A stretch of 64,000 nt of DNA from Polyangiaceae bacterium (GTDB lineage: Bacteria > Myxococcota_A > Polyangia > Polyangiales > Polyangiaceae), in assembly GCA_044222475.1 (NCBI GenBank), contig JBGANF010000016.1, positions 23,302 through 87,301 on the forward strand. The letters are read 5' to 3'. The position numbers and the translations under genes were made by a program. Positions within the stretch are counted from its first letter, which is position 1. Each line of letters starts with the position of its first letter. Below, one piece after another: positions 47,141-56,036 of the stretch. Under the pieces are notes generated by a model. It ran no database searches and was not told the DNA's origin. It worked only from the letters and a program-made list of their open reading frames with translations.

Positions 47141-48601
47141 TTACGGTTGCCACAGCTCCATCACCGCGCCGCCTTCCTCTTCGCGGCGCTTCAGGTGGAA
47201 CCCGCGGGAGAGGGCCATTTCACGAAGTCGTGGTGCGTTGCCGAGCGTCTCGAAGACGATCACGGCGTCCATCTTCGGGCGCGTGCCGGTGGCCTCGTAG
47301 TTCTCGAGGCTCGACGTCTCGATCGGCTTCGAGACGTAGCCGAGGTACGGATGGCGGAGCTCGTCGGTCATCGGCCAGCTCGTGAAGACCTTCGTGTCGG
47401 GCGGGAGATCTCCGAGGACGCGTTGGTGGACGCGCACCGCGTGGAGGTAGCGGAACGTCGTCTCCCCGCTGTCGAAGCCGACGCCGTCCCATCGGGAGAG
47501 CACGCCGACGGTGCACGCAGCGAGGACGCCGGCCGCGGCGATCGCGCGGGTCCGAGCGTTCGTGGGCGTGATCGCCCACGCGAGGGCGAGCACGACGACC
47601 GGGTGGATCGGCAGGATGTAGCGCTCGAGGAAGAACATCTTCGCGAAGAACACGAGGTTCGCGGCGACGAGGAGACCCATCGCGAGCCCGATGGGCGCGC
47701 CGCCTTCGGGCTTCGGCGCCGAAACCTTCGTCACGCGCGCCCACACCGCGAAGCCGATCGCGGTGACGATCGCGATCCACCTGCCGTCGACGACCGTCGG
47801 CGAGCCGACCACGCGGCGGAGTTGGTGCACGACGTCGTGGTGCTCGCTCCAGAGACCAGCGTGGTACGGCAGGACGAACCAGCCCTCGGCGATGCGCTGC
47901 CAGCCGAAGAAGACCGCGAGCGCGACGAGCGGGATCGCCTGCCACGCGGCGGCGCGGACCCACCGGCGTCGCGCGGTTCCTTCGCTGCGCCACGCGACGT
48001 AGGCCGATGCTCCGACGATCGCGAGCGGACACGCGACGCCCACTTCCTTGCATAATACAAGCATAGTGCAGACGACGGCGCTCGCCACGAAGCGCTCGCG
48101 GGCGAACGCGTAGAGCGCTCCGATGGTCAGCGCGGTGATCGGGATCTCGGGGAGCGCCTCGGACGACATCGTGAGGAACAGCGGCGAGCACGCGAGGAGG
48201 GCGGTCGCGAAGATCGCCCGCACGCGCCCGAGCCAGAACGTGCCGAGGGCGTACGTGAGCGCGAGGGTCACGGTCGACGTCGCGAAGACGAGCGCGTGGC
48301 CCGACGTGGGGCTCGTGCCGAAGACGCGGAACACGAGGGCCAGGGCCAGGTAGAACCCCGGCGTGTGACCGCGCCCGAGGTCGCTGGGAAACGTGCCGGG
48401 CATCGCTTGGAACCCGTGCTCGACCAGCCACTGCGCGCCGGGGACGTAGACCGCGCCGGCGTCCCACCAATAGGGAGTCGCGAGCGATGCCGGACGTAGG
48501 ACGAGGAGTGCGAACGCACACGCCGCGATCACCAAGAGCCACTCGCGTGGCTCCAGCTCGCGTTCGGACCGAGTGCGAGAAGGATCGCGCGGCGACGTCA
48601 C
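47141..48601 (-). CDS. GT-C (ArnT/PMT-like) membrane glycosyltransferase
   Basis: WWDAGAVY, GHTPGF, SPLF, KE, ERYILP; many TM helices. Confidence 0.8.
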   Translation of the reverse strand: MTSPRDPSRTRSERELEPREWLLVIAACAFALLVLRPASLATPYWWDAGAVYVPGAQWLVEHGFQAMPGTFPSDLGRGHTPGFYLALALVFRVFGTSPTSGHALVFATSTVTLALTYALGTFWLGRVRAIFATALLACSPLFLTMSSEALPEIPITALTIGALYAFARERFVASAVVCTMLVLCKEVGVACPLAIVGASAYVAWRSEGTARRRWVRAAAWQAIPLVALAVFFGWQRIAEGWFVLPYHAGLWSEHHDVVHQLRRVVGSPTVVDGRWIAIVTAIGFAVWARVTKVSAPKPEGGAPIGLAMGLLVAANLVFFAKMFFLERYILPIHPVVVLALAWAITPTNARTRAIAAAGVLAACTVGVLSRWDGVGFDSGETTFRYLHAVRVHQRVLGDLPPDTKVFTSWPMTDELRHPYLGYVSKPIETSSLENYEATGTRPKMDAVIVFETLGNAPRLREMALSRGFHLKRREEEGGAVMELWQP

Positions 48602-48643
48602 GGCGCGCGAACGTTACCAGAGGTGGTAGGGTCGGGTAGGTCG

Positions 48644-49048
48644 ATGGCGAAGGTGGCGACAACGCGGCAGCTCCGGTGGTTCGCCGTGCTCCTCCTCGCG
48701 GTGGCGGCGCTCGTCGAGTGGCGGCTCGGGCGGCGCGGGGTCGATCCCCAGATCGTCCACGCGATCGCCGGCGTCTTCGTCGCGATGGGGCTCGTCGGGC
48801 TCGCCCTGCCGCGCGCGCTCGCGCTGCCGTACCGCGGCTGGATGTTCGTCGGGCACGCGATGGGGCTCGTGACGACGCCGATCGTGCTCACGGTCGTGTA
48901 CGTCATCGTGTTCACGCCGGGCCGGTTCCTCCTCGGCATCTTCGGCGTCGACCCGCTCGCGCGGCGATGGGACCAGCGCGCGAAGACCTACTGGATCACG
49001 CGCCGTCGAGACCGCTTTCGCGCGGAGGACTTCGAGCGTCTGTCGTGA
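48644..49048 (+). CDS. SxtJ-family membrane protein
   Basis: QLRWF, WM.VG..MG.V.TPIVL, DPL.R, TYWI.R; GTGA-coupled to the carbamoyltransferase. Confidence 0.85.
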   Translation: MAKVATTRQLRWFAVLLLAVAALVEWRLGRRGVDPQIVHAIAGVFVAMGLVGLALPRALALPYRGWMFVGHAMGLVTTPIVLTVVYVIVFTPGRFLLGIFGVDPLARRWDQRAKTYWITRRRDRFRAEDFERLS

Positions 49049-50871
49049 GCGATCCGGTCTACATCCTCGGGCTCTCGGCGTTCTACCACGACAGCGCGGC
49101 GTGCCTCGTGCGCGACGGCGAGATCGTGGCGGCGGCACAAGAGGAGCGCTTCACCCGCAAGCGCCACGACGCGGCGTTCCCCGCGCAGTCGATCGCGTAC
49201 TGCCTGCGCGAAGCCGGGATCGACGCGAAGCGCCTGAACCACGTGTGCTTCTACGACAAGCCGGTGACGAAGTTCGGTCGCATCGTCGAGTCGCACCTGG
49301 CGATCGCGCCGCGCGGCCTGCGCACGTTCTTGATGGCGGTGCCGATGTGGCTGCGCGAGAAGCTGTGGACCGCGCGCGAGATCGAGCAGCAGCTCCCGGT
49401 CGAGTGCGACGTGCTCTTCACCGAGCACCACCAGTCGCACGCGGCGAGCGCGTTCTTTCCGTCGCCGTTCGAGAGCGCGGCGATCATGACGCTCGACGGG
49501 GTGGGCGAGTGGGCGACGACGTCGAGCGGCGTCGGGCGCGGCAGCGAGATCGAGCTCGATCGCGAGATTCGGTTCCCTCACTCGATCGGGCTCCTCTACT
49601 CGGCGTTCACGTACTTCACCGGGTTCAAGGTCAACTCCGGCGAGTACAAGCTGATGGGGCTCGCGCCGTACGGGAAGCCGCGCTTCCGCGACGTGATCCT
49701 CCGCGAGCTCGTCGACGTGAAGGACGACGGCTCGTTCCGGCTCAACATGGACTACTTCGCGTACGTCGGCGGGCTCACGATGACGAACCGCAACTTCGAT
49801 CGCTTGTTCGAGGGCCCACCCCGAAGCGCCGAAGGGAAGCTCACGGAGCGCGAGATGGATCTCGCCGCGAGCATCCAGGTCGTCACCGAGGAGATCGTCC
49901 TGAAGCTCTGCCGCGATCTCCACGAGCGCACGAAGGAGACGCGGCTGTGCCTCGCCGGTGGCGTCGCGCTCAACTGCGTCGCGAACGGCAAGATCGTCGG
50001 CGAAAAGACGGGGTTCCGCGAGGTCTGGGTCCAGCCCGCGGCGGGCGACGCAGGCGGCGCCGTGGGCGCGGCGCTGGCGGTCTGGCACACGTACCTGAAG
50101 AAGCCACGTACGACCGACGGCGACGGGCGCGATCGGATGAAGGGCGCGCTGCTCGGTCCGCGGGCGACCGTCGACGAGATCGACGAGATGATCGCCCATT
50201 TCAAGGCGGTCTCGGAGCGCCTCGACGACGACGCGCTGTTCGCGCGGGTCGCCGAGCTGCTCGACGGCGGCGCGGTCGTGGGGTGGTTCCAAGGTCGCAT
50301 GGAGTTCGGACCGCGAGCTCTCGGCGCGCGCTCGATCCTCGGCGATGCGCGCAACCCGGCGATGCAGAAGACGATGAACCTCAAGATCAAGTTCCGCGAG
50401 TCGTTCCGGCCGTTCGCGCCGAGCGTCCTCGCGGAGCACGCGCGCGAGTACTTCGAGATCGACGGTCCGTCGCCGTACATGCTGATGACCGTGCCGGTCG
50501 CCAAGGAGCAACGGGTGGACAGCGACGCGACGGTCACCGGTCTCGCGCGGCTCAAGCAAGTGCGCTCGAAGCTGCCGGCGATCACCCACGTCGACGACTC
50601 GGCGCGCGTGCAGACGGTGACCCGCGAGGCGAACCCGCGCTACCACGCGCTGCTCTCCGCGTTCCGCGCCCGCACCGGCTGCGCGGTGCTGGTGAACACG
50701 TCGTTCAACGTCCGCGGCGAGCCGATCGTGCGAACGCCGCGTGAGGCGTACACCTGCTTCATGCGAAGCGGGATCGACTGGCTCGTCGTCGAGGATCGCC
50801 TCTTCGACAAGCGCGAGCAGCCGCCGTGGCCCGAGGGCGACGAGTGGCGAAACGCGATCGCTCCCGACTGA
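49045..50871 (+). CDS. Carbamoyltransferase (NodU/CmcH, SxtI-like subfamily)
   Basis: LGLSAFYHDSAA, QEERFTR, HHQSHAASAF, DGVGEW, NSGEYKLMGLAPYG, GPRALGARS, NTSFNVRGEP. Confidence 0.95.
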   Translation: MSDPVYILGLSAFYHDSAACLVRDGEIVAAAQEERFTRKRHDAAFPAQSIAYCLREAGIDAKRLNHVCFYDKPVTKFGRIVESHLAIAPRGLRTFLMAVPMWLREKLWTAREIEQQLPVECDVLFTEHHQSHAASAFFPSPFESAAIMTLDGVGEWATTSSGVGRGSEIELDREIRFPHSIGLLYSAFTYFTGFKVNSGEYKLMGLAPYGKPRFRDVILRELVDVKDDGSFRLNMDYFAYVGGLTMTNRNFDRLFEGPPRSAEGKLTEREMDLAASIQVVTEEIVLKLCRDLHERTKETRLCLAGGVALNCVANGKIVGEKTGFREVWVQPAAGDAGGAVGAALAVWHTYLKKPRTTDGDGRDRMKGALLGPRATVDEIDEMIAHFKAVSERLDDDALFARVAELLDGGAVVGWFQGRMEFGPRALGARSILGDARNPAMQKTMNLKIKFRESFRPFAPSVLAEHAREYFEIDGPSPYMLMTVPVAKEQRVDSDATVTGLARLKQVRSKLPAITHVDDSARVQTVTREANPRYHALLSAFRARTGCAVLVNTSFNVRGEPIVRTPREAYTCFMRSGIDWLVVEDRLFDKREQPPWPEGDEWRNAIAPD

Positions 50872-50876
50872 CGACG

Positions 50877-51006
50877 GGGGGACGGTGTCAACCTCGTCAA
50901 CCTTTGATGGGGGCGGAATTCCGCGACACCGGCCGCAAGAGTTGCCGTGGCCCTCGAGCCGGGGTCGGCGGGAACCCAAAGGTTGACAAGGTTGACACCG
51001 TCCCCC
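50877..51006. repeat. REPIN-like palindrome inside the operon
   Basis: 30-bp arms 50877-50906 and 50977-51006 with 1 mismatch; each arm has GTCAACCT twice. Confidence 0.85.
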
Positions 51007-51032
51007 TTCCGTTCGGGTAGGCTCGTTGCGCG

Positions 51033-51200
51033 ATGGCACGACAAAACCATGGCCTGCGGCTCGTGCGCGAGCTCGGGCGCTACGCGATGGAGAACAAGAA
51101 GTGGTGGCTCGCCCCGATCGTCGTCGTGAGCGTCCTCCTCATCGCGCTCGTCGTCGTCGGAAACACGCCGCTCGCGCCGTTCATCTACTCGGTGTTCTGA
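51033..51200 (+). CDS. SxtK/DUF5989-family small membrane protein (55 aa), not in the ORF track
   Basis: MARQNHGLRLVRELGRYAMENKKWWLAPIVVVSVLLIALVVVGNTPLAPFIYSVF*; KKWWL.P and APFIY motifs. Confidence 0.88.
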   Translation: MARQNHGLRLVRELGRYAMENKKWWLAPIVVVSVLLIALVVVGNTPLAPFIYSVF

Positions 51201-51207
51201 CGGCACG

Positions 51208-52311
51208 ATGGGGTCGAGGCTTCGCCGGTTCGGCGGTCGGGTCGCGCTCCTCTTCGGGGCGACGATCGTGTCGCTCCTCCTCGCAGAGATCGTCGTTCGA
51301 GTCGGCAACCTGGGCGCCCATCGGCACCCGCCTCTTCGCCACGTCGAGAACGACGACAAGTCCGCCGCCGTCGATCTCTACCCGACCAACCCGCGGGGAA
51401 GCTTCGACGTCGACCTTCGCGACTCCGGTCAGAGCGCCGCCGTCGTGGCGCAAGGAATCCCGCTCACGCCGGCGATGACCGCGCGCACGCCCTACGGCGT
51501 GCGGTTCTCGTACGACGTGCAGCGCTGCCGCGATCGCGCGTTCGCGCCGAAGGCCGCCGGGGTGAAGCGCATCATCGTCCTCGGCGACTCGTTCACCGAA
51601 GGGCAGGGGGTGCGCGAAGAGGACACGTTCGTCCGCCGCATCGACCGCGACTGGCACGCCGATCCGAGCGCGCCGAAGATGGAGATCTACAACTGCGGGC
51701 GCCGCGGTCGCGACTTCCCCGCTCTTCGGGAGGCTTTCGACGCGCTCCTCGCGCTCGATCCGGACGTCGTGCTCTACGCGATGGTCCTCAACGATCCGGA
51801 GCAATCCAAGTCGTTTCACGATCGCCAAGAGTTCCTCAACGACTGGATCGTCGACCGCCGCAGCACGACCGACGGCGACGACGAAGACGTCACCGTGCAC
51901 GGGTCGAAGCTGTGGGGGCTCGTCCACGATCGACTGGAAGGCGCGCGCGTCGCGCGCGCGACGACGCAGTGGTACCTCGACCTCTTCGGCGAGCCCAACC
52001 GCGAGGGCTGGGAAGCCACCCAACGCTCGCTCCGCGAAATGGACGAAGCGATGCGGGCCCGCGGTGGCCAGCTCCTCGTCGCCACGCTCCCGCTCATGGT
52101 CCGCCTGGAGGGCGGCTACCCGTTCGACGCGCCCCACGCCGCGATCGCCGACGCGTGTACCAAGATGGGACTACGCTGCCACGACGTGCTGCCGGCGTTT
52201 CGCGGCATGCAGACCAAGGACCTCTGGGTGCACGCGGTCGACCTCCACCCCAACGAGGTCGCCCACGGCGTGATCGCGCGCGACCTCTTGCCGTGGCTCC
52301 GCGCCCCCTGA
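51208..52311 (+). CDS. SGNH/GDSL hydrolase-family membrane-anchored protein
   Basis: N-terminal TM with LAEIVVR; LGDSFTEG; ND; DLHPN. Confidence 0.88.
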   Translation: MGSRLRRFGGRVALLFGATIVSLLLAEIVVRVGNLGAHRHPPLRHVENDDKSAAVDLYPTNPRGSFDVDLRDSGQSAAVVAQGIPLTPAMTARTPYGVRFSYDVQRCRDRAFAPKAAGVKRIIVLGDSFTEGQGVREEDTFVRRIDRDWHADPSAPKMEIYNCGRRGRDFPALREAFDALLALDPDVVLYAMVLNDPEQSKSFHDRQEFLNDWIVDRRSTTDGDDEDVTVHGSKLWGLVHDRLEGARVARATTQWYLDLFGEPNREGWEATQRSLREMDEAMRARGGQLLVATLPLMVRLEGGYPFDAPHAAIADACTKMGLRCHDVLPAFRGMQTKDLWVHAVDLHPNEVAHGVIARDLLPWLRAP

Positions 52312-52316
52312 CGTGA

Positions 52317-53402
52317 CTACGACTTCTTCTTCTTCCCGACCGCGCCGGCGAGCACTCGATCGACGACGGCGAAGAGCTCCTCGTTGCCCTTCTGCTTGTG
52401 GCGCGCGACCCGCGCCGCGTAGCGGGACTGCTCGCCGAGGAAGAGCCCGAGGAGCTCCTTCTCGATCTTCTCCGCCGCGAGCCCGTAGCCGAGCTCCTCG
52501 AGGTAGCGCGCGTTCATCGTCTGCTCGAACTGGTTCTTCACCGGCACGCTGAAGATGGGCTTGCCCAGGTAGAGCGCCTCGCCGATGAGCGACAGGCCGC
52601 CGTTGGTGACGACCGCCCGCGAGCTCGCGAGGTCGGCGATGAAGCCTTCTTCGCTGAAGTCCTTGATGGTGCAGTTCCCGGCCTTCTCGTTGCGGCGCAG
52701 CCCGTAGACGATGAACTTCTCGTTCTTCAGCGACTGCAGCGTCGGGATGAGCGAGCCGTCGCTCGTCGACGTCTGGTAGACGAGCACGTGGTCGCCGAAC
52801 TTCGCGCTCTTCTTGGCCTCGATGATCGGGGTTCGCAGCATCGGCGGAACGAGCGTCGTGTCGTTCTTGTACTTCTTCCGGATCGGCGGATAGAAGAACG
52901 TCGTGATCACGTAGTGATCGCAGTAGGGGAGCTTCGCCCGGATGAACGCCTTGGTCATCTGGTAGTCGACCTGGACGCCCTTCTTGATCGCCCCAGCGTG
53001 CTTGCAGCGGCTGATGATCTGTTGGTTGTCGATCGAGATGATCGGCAGCCCGTGGCGCTTGGCGAACAGATAGGCGAACGAGTCGAAGTCGCTGATGACC
53101 GCGTCGGGCGCGAACTTCGCGACGCTGTCGTAGTACGCGTTCACGTTGGCATCGAGGATGTCGGGCGCGGCGAGCAGGTTCTTCGCAAGCGAGCCGTCGC
53201 GGTCCATCCGGTTGTCGACGTATCGGATCGTGAGGCCCTTGATCTCGACTACGTCCTTGAAGCTCTTCTTGAGGAACGCGTGCGCGCGGCCGCTGACGAC
53301 GATCTTGACCTTGTGGCCCTTGGACTCGAGGTGCTCACAGACGACCTTGCTCCGGGTCGCGTGTCCCATGCCTTCGCCGACCACTCCGTAGAGGATTTTC
53401 AC
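52317..53402 (-). CDS. MJ1255/VC2487-family glycosyltransferase (GT-B)
   Basis: MKILYGVVGEGMGHATRS, ISDFD, IDNQ, EALYLGKP, QFEQ..NA. Confidence 0.9.
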   Translation of the reverse strand: MKILYGVVGEGMGHATRSKVVCEHLESKGHKVKIVVSGRAHAFLKKSFKDVVEIKGLTIRYVDNRMDRDGSLAKNLLAAPDILDANVNAYYDSVAKFAPDAVISDFDSFAYLFAKRHGLPIISIDNQQIISRCKHAGAIKKGVQVDYQMTKAFIRAKLPYCDHYVITTFFYPPIRKKYKNDTTLVPPMLRTPIIEAKKSAKFGDHVLVYQTSTSDGSLIPTLQSLKNEKFIVYGLRRNEKAGNCTIKDFSEEGFIADLASSRAVVTNGGLSLIGEALYLGKPIFSVPVKNQFEQTMNARYLEELGYGLAAEKIEKELLGLFLGEQSRYAARVARHKQKGNEELFAVVDRVLAGAVGKKKKS

Positions 53403-53411
53403 GATGCCTCC

Positions 53412-53780
53412 CTATTCCGTGTCTTTCGGTAGCTTGCGCGCCGCGTACAGGAGCGGCGCCGCCGCGGCGAACGTCAGGATGAACAAGGTCGCGGTGTTGC
53501 CGTTCCAGTCGGATGGCGCGCCGACCCGCACCAGCGACGCGCCGAGGACGATGAGGCCGCCGATCGCATGGTCGCGGTTGGGGACGCGCCACAGGAGGAT
53601 CGCCACCACGACGGAGAAGAGCACGCTCGAGATGGCGACGAGGCTCTTCCACGTCCACGCGTCGGGGACGGAGACGAACCACGCGACCAGCGCGAGCGCG
53701 GTCAGCGCGGCGAACGCGAGGAGGGCGATGGCCCCGGCGAGGGCGATCCGCTGGTTTCGGGCCGGGTCGGTCACGGACAC
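53412..53780 (-). CDS. Small four-TM membrane protein
   Basis: Four hydrophobic segments; fits between two GT genes. Confidence 0.7.
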   Translation of the reverse strand: MSVTDPARNQRIALAGAIALLAFAALTALALVAWFVSVPDAWTWKSLVAISSVLFSVVVAILLWRVPNRDHAIGGLIVLGASLVRVGAPSDWNGNTATLFILTFAAAAPLLYAARKLPKDTE

Positions 53781-53792
53781 CGAAGTCTAGCG

Positions 53793-54518
53793 TCAACCGC
53801 GGACGCGGATCGCGTACGTCAGCTTGGCGACGCTTTTCAGCACGTTGGGGACGCGCTTGAAGAGGTTGATCGACGGGGGTCGCTTCTCGATGACACGCAC
53901 CGGGATCTCCTTGATCTTGATGCCGCCGCGGTCCGCGCGAATGACGAACTCGCTCGCGAAGACGTCTTTCTCGACGAGGCACGCCCGCACCGTGTCGAGG
54001 AGAGCCGTTCGGCGGAATGCCTTGAGCCCGTGGGTGTCGGTTCCGCGGAAGCCGAGCATCAGCCGGAGCATGCCGGAGTACGCCATGCTGGCGACGTGTC
54101 GGAGCACGGGGCGATCGTCCTCGGCGCCGGCTGCGAGCTTCGAGCCGATCACGAGATCGGCCTCACCAGTCTCGAGGATGTCGACGGCGCGCTTGTGGAA
54201 ATCGGCGTCGCAGAGGTCGATCTCGTCGCAGATGACGAGCTCGCCACGAGCGAGCAGGATGCCCTGCTTGAGCGCCTTGCCGTAGTTGGGCTCGCCCAAG
54301 CTGATGAGCTTCACCTGACCGTCGTTCGGGTCGGCGTATTTGACCGCCAGCTCCTGGGCGATCTCCACCGTTCGATCCTTCGAGCCGTTTTCGGCCAGAA
54401 TCACCTCGTACGACCAGCCGAACGGCTTCAACCGCTCGCGAAGATCCACCACCGCCGCGTGGAGGATCGCTTGCTCGTTGTAGATGGGGATGACGATGGT
54501 GATGCGAGGATCGGCCAT
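53793..54518 (-). CDS. GT2 glycosyltransferase (dolichyl-phosphate glucosyltransferase-like)
   Basis: IPIYNE, ENGSKDRT, YGKAL, DEID, GSK, DTHGLKAF. Confidence 0.88.
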   Translation of the reverse strand: MADPRITIVIPIYNEQAILHAAVVDLRERLKPFGWSYEVILAENGSKDRTVEIAQELAVKYADPNDGQVKLISLGEPNYGKALKQGILLARGELVICDEIDLCDADFHKRAVDILETGEADLVIGSKLAAGAEDDRPVLRHVASMAYSGMLRLMLGFRGTDTHGLKAFRRTALLDTVRACLVEKDVFASEFVIRADRGGIKIKEIPVRVIEKRPPSINLFKRVPNVLKSVAKLTYAIRVRG

Positions 54519-54705
54519 GACCGTAAGGTGGTCTCGTTTACCCGAAATCGGCTCGCTGCTCATTAATAAAACGGTGGCGCGGCGCCGGCACCAAGTGGCG
54601 CGCGCCACCGTCCACCGTTGACGTCGCTCGGTGTTTCCGCGATACGAACGCTGGCACGGCGATTGGATCCATCGCCGTGCAGACCGCTAGCGACAGGAGA
54701 CGACG

Positions 54706-55215
54706 ATGGCAGAGGGACTGAACAGGGTGATGCTTCTCGGAAACCTCGGCGCCGATCCGGAGCTTCGGGTGACGCCCGGCGGTCAGGCCATTCTCAAGCT
54801 GCGTCTGGCGACGACGGAGACGTACCTCGACAAGTCGAACACGCGCCAAGAGCGCACCGAGTGGCACTCCATCACCATGTGGGGCAAGCGCGGTGAGGCG
54901 CTCGCGAAGTTCCTGAAGAAGGGCGAGCGGCTCTTCGTCGAGGGGTCGCTTCGCACCTCCAGCTACGAGAAGAACGGCGAGAAGCGCTATCGCACCGAGG
55001 TCATCGCGAACAACGTGATCCTCGGCGGCGGGGGTGGCGGTGGTCGCCGCGCCTCCGGCGGCGGCGAGTTCGACGAGGGCGGTGGCGGCGGCGGCGGGCG
55101 ATCCTACGGTGGTGGCGGTGGGCGCTCGCCCAGCCCCGCCCCGGTCGACGCGCCGGTCTCGGGCGGCGGTGACGAGCCCGGCTACGACGGCGGCGACGAC
55201 GAGATCCCGTTCTGA
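54706..55215 (+). CDS. ssb: Single-stranded DNA-binding protein
   Basis: LNRVMLLGNLGADPELR, TEWH, Gly-rich linker, C-terminal DDEIPF. Confidence 0.98.
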   Translation: MAEGLNRVMLLGNLGADPELRVTPGGQAILKLRLATTETYLDKSNTRQERTEWHSITMWGKRGEALAKFLKKGERLFVEGSLRTSSYEKNGEKRYRTEVIANNVILGGGGGGGRRASGGGEFDEGGGGGGGRSYGGGGGRSPSPAPVDAPVSGGGDEPGYDGGDDEIPF

Positions 55216-55220
55216 GCAGC

Positions 55221-55994
55221 ATGCGCGAGGCCCGCGTCGCCGAGATCCTGAGCGAGCTCGAGGCGGTCCTCCGCACCGCTCCCGACGCCGTCGCCGCGTT
55301 CGACGGTGACGGCACGCTCTGGAGCGGCGACGTCGGCGAGGATTTCTTCCACTCGTTCGTCGCCGGCGGAGACTTTCGAGCACCGGCGCGCGACGCGTTG
55401 GCGGAGACGGCGCGCGACCACGGCGTCGCGTTCGAAGGCGACGGCGCCGCGATCGCCCGCAGGCTCTTCGAAGCGTACGAGCGGGGAGAGTTCTCCGAAG
55501 AGCGCATCTGCGAGGTCATCGCGTGGGCGCCGGCGGGTCGAACGCCGGCCGAATACCGGGGCTTCTTCGAGGCTCGGTTCCCGCCCGACGTGATGCGGGC
55601 GCGCCTTCACGCCGAAACGGTGAGCCTCATGGAAGGTGTGCGCCGTCTGGGCGTAGAAGTCTTCCTCGTGAGTGCCTCCCCCAAGCCCGTCGTGGACGCC
55701 GCCGCCCAGACTGCGGGGATCCCCTCGCAGAACGTGATCGCGGCCGAGCCCCAGCTCGACGGGGCGACCGGCCTCGTCGCCGCCTCGGTGCACCGGCCCA
55801 TCCCCTACGGGGCGGGCAAGGTCCACCGCCTCCGTGAGCGGATCGGCGATCGGTCGCTCGTCGTCGCTTGTGGCGACAACGTGTTCGACGAAGAGCTGTT
55901 GCATCATGCAAGCATTCGCTGTGCCGTCCGTCCCAAACCCCGCCTCCTCGCCATCGCGGAGCGGATCGAGGGTCTGCGGTTGCTACGCGCCTGA
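55221..55994 (+). CDS. HAD-superfamily hydrolase (phosphoserine phosphatase-like)
   Basis: FDGDGTLW, VSAS, GK, GDNVFD. Confidence 0.88.
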   Translation: MREARVAEILSELEAVLRTAPDAVAAFDGDGTLWSGDVGEDFFHSFVAGGDFRAPARDALAETARDHGVAFEGDGAAIARRLFEAYERGEFSEERICEVIAWAPAGRTPAEYRGFFEARFPPDVMRARLHAETVSLMEGVRRLGVEVFLVSASPKPVVDAAAQTAGIPSQNVIAAEPQLDGATGLVAASVHRPIPYGAGKVHRLRERIGDRSLVVACGDNVFDEELLHHASIRCAVRPKPRLLAIAERIEGLRLLRA

Positions 55995-56036
55995 TACTCG
56001 ACGGCAGGGGGGACCAAGCGTACCGTGGGCAATGGA

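Noticed and set aside
48644..51200. Saxitoxin biosynthesis cluster
   Set aside because: Only sxtI/J/K-like genes are present; there is no sxtA, sxtG or sxtB, and the neighbours are glycosyltransferases.
54652..54667. Sigma54 promoter upstream of ssb (TGGCACG-N4-TTGGA)
   Set aside because: The -12 element lacks the conserved GC, so it is too weak to call.
55024..55125. GGC/GGT repeats as a contingency locus
   Set aside because: They encode the normal Gly-rich SSB linker.
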